A DNA stretch of 38,607 bases from NCBI GenBank assembly GCA_023250385.1, contig JAHFAU010000002.1, positions 1 to 38,607 of the forward strand, written 5' to 3'. A model generated the notes under the pieces. That model was given only the letters and a program-made list of their open reading frames with translations, did not search any database and was not told the origin of the DNA. This DNA comes from Anaerolineales bacterium. GTDB taxonomy: Bacteria > Chloroflexota > Anaerolineae > Anaerolineales > E44-bin32. Position 1 is the stretch's first letter; each line of letters starts with the position of its first letter. A program made the position numbers and the translations under genes. Shown piece by piece: positions 34,196-38,607 of this stretch.

Positions 34196-34866
34196 TCGTA
34201 GACCCAGAAGGTATAGGAGTAGGGGAACATGGTTTGGACGACGTGAAACGGTTCGTATTCAAACAGGCGTCTCATCGCCCATGAAAAGCGGTAACGAGGA
34301 TGCTCGGGGGTGATGACTTCAACGACGCAGTTAACCTGAAAACTGACAAAGATCGGTGAATCCCCTGTCCACAGCACGGCGGCCATCGGGTTCCGGCTCA
34401 AGTTGCGGTAGGTGCTCCCCTCGAAGATCTCGAGCAGGCCGAGCCGCCTCCAGTCGATGTGTTCCGGGTGAGAGTAGAACGCACGCGCGGTCGCGATTCG
34501 CAGCCGCCGGGTGTCGTCCACCGCGTGCGGAGGGAGCTGCTCGATCTCGGCGACCGCACCCTCCACAAGCTTCAGGTAATGCTCGATGAATTCGTCTTTG
34601 GGGGTGAACCCCACCCCTTTGTTGGCCAGGTTAGGGAAGGCCGACTCGATGTCCCAGGTGCCGACGACCGGAAGATGACCGGCATTGAATGCAACGTATC
34701 GGTCGTGTTCGATCGCATCGTATACCCGCTCTTTGTAGTCGAGCTGCCAGCGGATAAAGCTTTCAGGAAGCTCTTTGACCTGATATTCCTGTACCTTCCC
34801 ATTAGTGCGGACTCGGGCTAGCCCATCGGAAACTACGACCTGGCCAATCAGATCAACCTCCGACAT
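34159..34866 (-). CDS. Hypothetical protein (C-terminal half possibly PNPOx-like split-barrel)
   Basis: ATG 34866 is preceded by a strong AAGGAG. The composition looks like real protein (rich in aromatic residues, E and K). NLSRNPMAAVLWTGDSPIFVSFQVNCVVEVITPEHPRYRF resembles split beta-barrel FMN/heme-binding proteins, but the assignment is weak. Confidence 0.55.
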   Translation of the reverse strand: MSEVDLIGQVVVSDGLARVRTNGKVQEYQVKELPESFIRWQLDYKERVYDAIEHDRYVAFNAGHLPVVGTWDIESAFPNLANKGVGFTPKDEFIEHYLKLVEGAVAEIEQLPPHAVDDTRRLRIATARAFYSHPEHIDWRRLGLLEIFEGSTYRNLSRNPMAAVLWTGDSPIFVSFQVNCVVEVITPEHPRYRFSWAMRRLFEYEPFHVVQTMFPYSYTFWVYDWKEKTPKRRYK

Positions 34867-34892
34867 CAGCGGTCTCCTTATAACGGCCCATC

Positions 34893-36152
34893 TCAGAGCA
34901 GCCGCTCCACCGCAGCCGGAACCGCCTGCGGGCTGCGGTCGGCAAGCTGGAACGCCGGGGGCCGCTCAAAACCGGCGAGGGCTCGCCGCATGATCTCTTC
35001 CGTTATCCAGCGGCTGGACTGACTTCGGGCATACGCCTCGACGCCTCGTTCAACCTTCTGGCGGATAAACGTAATCGGGATCCGCTCCAGCCGAGCGCGC
35101 GCCTCGCCACTCCAGAGGATCTCCTGGGCGGCGATTGCAGCCCCCGTCGGTTCATAGCTGCAGCCCGGGTCTTCTTCCAGGAAGTCGCCGAAGCGGGCAT
35201 AGGCTCGGCAGCGGCAGCCACCGCAGAGCTCCTTGTATTCGCAGCGGCCACAGCGGCCTTTCAGCTGGCCAGGATCGCGCAGCGCCAACAACTCAGGCGC
35301 GCTCTGCCAGATCTCAGAAAACGAACGTTCCCGGATATTCCCGACCGGCAGCGCCATGTAGGGGCAGGGTGTCACCTCCCCTTCCGGAGTGATCCGGCAA
35401 TACTCGGTCCCCGCCATGCAGCCGCCGCTCTCCATCCCGCCCAACCCGGCCTCGAAGGCAATCCGTTTGAAGTGCGGTGCGCACTTGGCCCGCACCAACA
35501 TCGGGCGGTAGCGCTCCTGGGACTCCGCCAAGAACGCCAGCATCTCTTCGGTTCGCGCTGCGGTGAGATCGTTCATTTGCTGACCGCGTCCGGTCTGCAC
35601 GAGAAAATATAGATTGAATGACCAGGCCCCGAGCTGGCGGGCAAACTCCAGCAGCCGGGGCACTTCAGAATAGTTGAGGTCCATGACGGTGCTTTGGACC
35701 AGTACTTCGAGGCCCTGAGCTCGGCAGACTTCGAGCGCCCGCACCGATTGCTCCCAGGAGTGGGGGCCGCCGCGGAAGCTGTTGTGGACGGCGGGATCGG
35801 TCGAGTCGATGCTGATCCCGACCCCCCGCACCCCACATTCGATCATCTTCGTGGCGACCAAGTCGTTCACCAACACGCCATTGGTGCCCATGACGACCCA
35901 GATCCCACGCCCGGAGGCGTAGCTGGCGATATCGTAAATGTCTTTGCGCAGCAGGGGTTCCCCGCCGGTCAGGATCAACATCTCCGTCCCCAAGCCAGCC
36001 ATCTCATCGATCAGTGCCAGGCATTCGGAGGTGCTTAATTCGTGCTCGGCCTTGACCCCGGCCTCCAGGTAACAATGGGGGCAGCGCAGGTTGCAGCGCT
36101 TGGTCAGGTTCCAAGAAACTAAGGAGGGCCGAAACTCGGTCTGGGTGCTCAT
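34893..36152 (-). CDS. Radical SAM/SPASM enzyme of the NirJ/AhbC/AhbD-like type, fused to a C-terminal PCP_red domain
   Basis: The rSAM cluster motif is CNLRCPHC (36072-36095). Also present: LTGGEPLL, the family-typical FNLYFLVQTGRG, and SPASM cysteines GGCMAGTEYCRITPEGEVTPCPYM...GRCGRCEYKELCGGCRCRAYA. The C-terminal extension ILWSGEARARLERIPITFIRQKVERGVEAYARSQSSRWITEEIM (34971-35120) matches the BchB/ChlB C-terminal domain. I placed the start at ATG 36152. Confidence 0.8.
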   Translation of the reverse strand: MSTQTEFRPSLVSWNLTKRCNLRCPHCYLEAGVKAEHELSTSECLALIDEMAGLGTEMLILTGGEPLLRKDIYDIASYASGRGIWVVMGTNGVLVNDLVATKMIECGVRGVGISIDSTDPAVHNSFRGGPHSWEQSVRALEVCRAQGLEVLVQSTVMDLNYSEVPRLLEFARQLGAWSFNLYFLVQTGRGQQMNDLTAARTEEMLAFLAESQERYRPMLVRAKCAPHFKRIAFEAGLGGMESGGCMAGTEYCRITPEGEVTPCPYMALPVGNIRERSFSEIWQSAPELLALRDPGQLKGRCGRCEYKELCGGCRCRAYARFGDFLEEDPGCSYEPTGAAIAAQEILWSGEARARLERIPITFIRQKVERGVEAYARSQSSRWITEEIMRRALAGFERPPAFQLADRSPQAVPAAVERLL

Positions 36153-36178
36153 GCCGCCCTTCGTTCCCGGCAGCGCGT

Positions 36179-36622
36179 TCACATCTCGGACATTCCGAGG
36201 GCGTCGCGGGCCTTGCTCATGACTGCGGGGCTGACCTCGGGGTAGCCGTTTCGCCTGGCCCAATCGGTGTACAGCCGGCGGACCATCCCCTGCACGAAGG
36301 CCGGAGCCGCGGCCAAGCGCTTTTCGGCCGCCTCGGTCCAGACCGGATCCGGTAGTCCGCGGTCGTCGATCCAGCCGGTTTCGCCCTCCAGCGAGCGCCG
36401 AATCTGATCCATCGGCCCTGCCTCCCCCTCGGAGAGCGTCTCATGCCCGATGGTCACTCCAAGGCTGGATACCAACTGGGTCTCGCCTGGGTTGGTGACC
36501 ATCGAGATTCGACGGCCACAATTGGGGCAGGAATACCGGATCGCCATGACACCACTGGCGCGGTCGGTGTCATTCGAGACGAACTCCATCGTTTCCTGAC
36601 ACTCTTCGCAGCGGAATTTCAC
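36179..36622 (-). CDS. Zinc-ribbon protein with C-terminal PCP_red domain
   Basis: The N-terminus has CEEC...CPNC (a 4-Cys ribbon). The C-terminus reads VWTEAAEKRLAAAPAFVQGMVRRLYTDWARRNGYPEVSPAVMSKA (36200-36340). The GTG start overlaps the stop of the upstream ATPase gene (GTGA). Confidence 0.7.
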   Translation of the reverse strand: MKFRCEECQETMEFVSNDTDRASGVMAIRYSCPNCGRRISMVTNPGETQLVSSLGVTIGHETLSEGEAGPMDQIRRSLEGETGWIDDRGLPDPVWTEAAEKRLAAAPAFVQGMVRRLYTDWARRNGYPEVSPAVMSKARDALGMSEM

Positions 36623-37455
36623 GCCAGCATTCCTCTGAGCCGATCCGCCAGTTCAAGGATCGCTCGGGCGGCCGGGGTCTCCGGATTGATCAGTACCCCG
36701 GGCCGCCCGTTCTCGGTGCTCTGGGCCAACTTCGGATCGAAAGGAACACTCGCCAGAATGGGGATCCCCACGGCATCCGCCAGCTCTCGGACCCGCCCCG
36801 ACTCGGCCGTCTCGGCCATGTTCTCCACCAAGCCGAGCAGCCGGGCTCCGGCCTGCTTAGCCCCGACAGATGCCCGCCGGACGACCAGCATGGAAGCTTC
36901 GCTGGGGGTTGTGATCATTACTGCGCCGCGGAGCTCCGGCAGCAGCCTCAGAAGCGTTTCGAAGCGGTCGGCGCCCGGAGGCATGTCAATCAAAAGATAG
37001 TCTAGCTCACCCCACTCGGTATCGGCCAGGAACTCGCGCAGAACGTTGGCTTCCAAAGTCCCGCGCCAGACAAACGAATCTTCGGCCAAGCCCCCATAGT
37101 GTCGCCAGCGGACGGCCGTACCATCGTCTTTCAGGAACAAATCCATCGACATCACTCGCACATCGCCGACTCCGATGGCCGGCCGCGCCCCTTCCGGGCC
37201 AAACTGCGGCCGCTGCCCGCGGGCACCCAGCATCAGCGCCGCGCTCGGCCCGTGGATATCGGCGTCCAAGACCCCCACCTTGGCCGCCTCGGTCCCCAGA
37301 GCGGCGGCCAGGTTGGCGGTCAGCAAACTCTTACCGACCCCACCTTTGCCACTGGCGATTGCAACCACATGGCGGACAGAGGCAAGCCGGCGGGCGACCG
37401 CCGCTCGCTGCGCAACAACCTGCCCCAGGACGTCCACGGGCGGAAGGCTTTCCAC
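36619..37455 (-). CDS. Mrp/NBP35/ParA-type P-loop ATPase lacking all cysteines
   Basis: Motifs: VVAIASGKGGVGKSLLTANLAAAL (deviant Walker A), VGVLDADIHGPS, WRGTL, LDYLLIDMPPG, GLVENM. The canonical C-x-x-C Fe-S ligands of Mrp/ApbC are absent, and the protein contains no Cys at all. The start codon is GTG. Confidence 0.8.
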   Translation of the reverse strand: MESLPPVDVLGQVVAQRAAVARRLASVRHVVAIASGKGGVGKSLLTANLAAALGTEAAKVGVLDADIHGPSAALMLGARGQRPQFGPEGARPAIGVGDVRVMSMDLFLKDDGTAVRWRHYGGLAEDSFVWRGTLEANVLREFLADTEWGELDYLLIDMPPGADRFETLLRLLPELRGAVMITTPSEASMLVVRRASVGAKQAGARLLGLVENMAETAESGRVRELADAVGIPILASVPFDPKLAQSTENGRPGVLINPETPAARAILELADRLRGMLA

Positions 37456-37466
37456 TGGTCAGCTCA

Positions 37467-37485
37467 GCCGCGCCCCAAGCGCGGC
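37467..37485 (-). other. Intercistronic GC hairpin between the Usp-PCP_red gene and the ATPase gene
   Basis: GCCGCGC-cccaa-GCGCGGC forms a perfect 7-bp stem with a 5-nt loop in the 45-nt gap. No U-tract follows on the coding strand, so it is not a classical terminator. Confidence 0.3.
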
Positions 37486-37500
37486 AGTCCTCTCACACTC

Positions 37501-38607
37501 TCAGCCACTCGGACCGGCGGCCCCGCCAGTGCCCTGGTCGCGCGCGGCGGATTCGGGGCCCGACATGCCCCTGAAATAACCAAAAGCTCCCTCGCTCTCG
37601 GCCTCCCAAAGCTCGCGCACCCTGCGCAGCATTTCGTCGGCGATCTCGAAATTGACCTCTTGATGTCCTGCTTCCCGCGCCAGACTGTCCACCATCTCTT
37701 TGACCATCTGGCGTTCAAACTTCGGAACTCGCGAAAGACGTTCCAGGGCGGAGTCATTCCAGATCAGCTCGGTCCCCGGCCCGTCGTCGCCCGCATAGCC
37801 CAGCCGGCGGGCCACCTGAATCGTCACTTCCAGCGTCACTTCGGGAAGCTGTTTCTCACGGGCATACCGTTCCATGGCCAGCATGGCCATCGGCTGAATG
37901 AACGGGGGTACCCGCGACTGCACCCGTGCGAGTGCCGCTTCGGTCCAGGGAAACGCCCGCTCGTGAGGTATGTATTCTTCAATCGGCGAGCGGGCCTTTT
38001 GCCGCGCTTCGGCGAGTTTCCGGTCTTCGGCCTCCAGCCCCATGAGATGCTTGGCAGAAGGCGGCAGTATCTCACTAAGCGCCCCGTACAGGAGATCGAG
38101 GGTCACCCGCCCATACCCCTCATGGCGGGCGTACTCCTCGACCGAAGCCTTAGCCATCGCCTGAGCGAAGGGCGGCGCCCGCAGCACAAGCTTGAGGGCG
38201 TCGTCGTCCCACTCCAGCGGCTCCTCCTCGTACTCCTCCAGCAACGGGATATCGAAAGGTCGGGCGTCGGCCGCCCCGACGATCAGCAGATTGTTGATGG
38301 CCAGCCGCAGCAGGTTATCGGTGTTGGACCCGAGGTCCGCGCCCTCCACATGGTGAGCTCCCCAACGCCCAATAACCACCAGGTCGTAGGCGTCCCGCTC
38401 ACACACGTCAATGATCTTTGCAAACGGCTTACCAACCAGCACCTCAGTGGTGATCTCCACCCCTTCCTCGGCCGCCACCTGCTCCGCCCGGAGCAGATTG
38501 GCTTCGCAGACCTTCTTCAGGCCGCGATCGATGATGTTGTTGTGCAGCTCTTCCTGCTCTTCGAACTTGAACACCTTGCCCGCCTGGTAGGAGAGCACGT
38601 AGCGAAT
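37501..38607 (-). CDS. Universal-stress-protein (Usp) domain protein followed by three tandem PCP_red domains (5' end outside window)
   Basis: The frame is open to the window edge. The C-terminal half of a Usp domain reads YDLVVIGRWGAHHVEGADLGSNTDNLLRLAINNLLIV. Three repeats follow:
- LEWDDDALKLVLRAPPFAQAMAKASVEEYARHEGYGRVTLDLL (38083-38211)
- FPWTEAALARVQSRVPPFIQPMAMLAMERYAREKQLPEVTLEVT (37813-37947)
- LIWNDSALERLSRVPKFERQMVKEMVDSLAREAGHQEVNFEIA (37621-37761). Confidence 0.75.
   Translation of the reverse strand: MRYVLSYQAGKVFKFEEQEELHNNIIDRGLKKVCEANLLRAEQVAAEEGVEITTEVLVGKPFAKIIDVCERDAYDLVVIGRWGAHHVEGADLGSNTDNLLRLAINNLLIVGAADARPFDIPLLEEYEEEPLEWDDDALKLVLRAPPFAQAMAKASVEEYARHEGYGRVTLDLLYGALSEILPPSAKHLMGLEAEDRKLAEARQKARSPIEEYIPHERAFPWTEAALARVQSRVPPFIQPMAMLAMERYAREKQLPEVTLEVTIQVARRLGYAGDDGPGTELIWNDSALERLSRVPKFERQMVKEMVDSLAREAGHQEVNFEIADEMLRRVRELWEAESEGAFGYFRGMSGPESAARDQGTGGAAGPSG

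Noticed and set aside
1-38607. Search for CRISPR arrays, IS/transposase genes, integrase-flanked islands, prophage genes, rRNA or long direct/inverted DNA repeats.
   Set aside because: I saw no spaced direct repeats, transposase-like ORFs or terminal inverted repeats. The only integrase-family gene is the Xer-like housekeeping-type homologue. Composition looks uniform apart from the slightly AT-richer 14.1-14.9 kb segment.

Overview
This is a 38.6 kb, high-GC, very gene-dense bacterial chromosomal window. The taxon guess (Chloroflexota-like) is inference only. I call 41 protein-coding genes, 36 of them on the minus strand, many joined by ATGA/GTGA/TTGA stop-start overlaps. I found no rRNA, tRNA, CRISPR array, IS element or prophage. 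Most long plus-strand ORFs in the track are off-frame or antisense shadows typical of GC-rich DNA.

Gene content from left to right:
- a HEAT-repeat protein, possibly the end of a STAND NTPase
- a pgeF-yggS-yggT-yggU cell-division-associated cluster
- a TlpA-like thioredoxin and a Tat-exported L,D-transpeptidase
- a csoR-copA copper-efflux unit with a good promoter and candidate operator
- mogA
- a PHP-AlbA_2 fusion protein
- an hsp20-lon-response regulator unit
- a stand-alone cNMP-binding protein plus a small ORF
- an ABC-2 transporter whose permease is fused to a SpoIIM-like domain
- pgsA-like and lgt genes
- ftsK
- a 7TM-GAF-HTH membrane regulator
- a GNAT acetyltransferase and a membrane protein
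- punA overlapped by a Xer-like recombinase that lacks the catalytic Tyr
- an aldo/keto reductase
- an RsbU/RsbW/RsbV-type partner-switching module
- a coxII-coxI-ctaB oxidase operon with a divergent cupredoxin lipoprotein

Two things stand out.
1. At the right end (32883-38607) there is a tightly coupled seven-gene operon. It has five copies of the small PCP_red domain, which is the C-terminal tetrapyrrole-capping domain of protochlorophyllide reductase BchB/ChlB. The copies are spread over a Usp protein, a zinc-ribbon protein and a NirJ/AhbD-like radical SAM/SPASM enzyme. The operon also encodes a cysteine-free Mrp-like ATPase, an FGE-fold protein without the catalytic cysteines, and two unknowns. 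I know of no described pathway with this composition. My best guess is a tetrapyrrole tailoring or handling system.
2. The adjacent heme-copper oxidase subunit I has a non-canonical active site. One CuB His is replaced by Gln. The cross-linked Tyr, the D-channel Glu and Asp, and the K-channel Lys are all absent.

All family assignments come from reading motifs by eye. No database search was possible.
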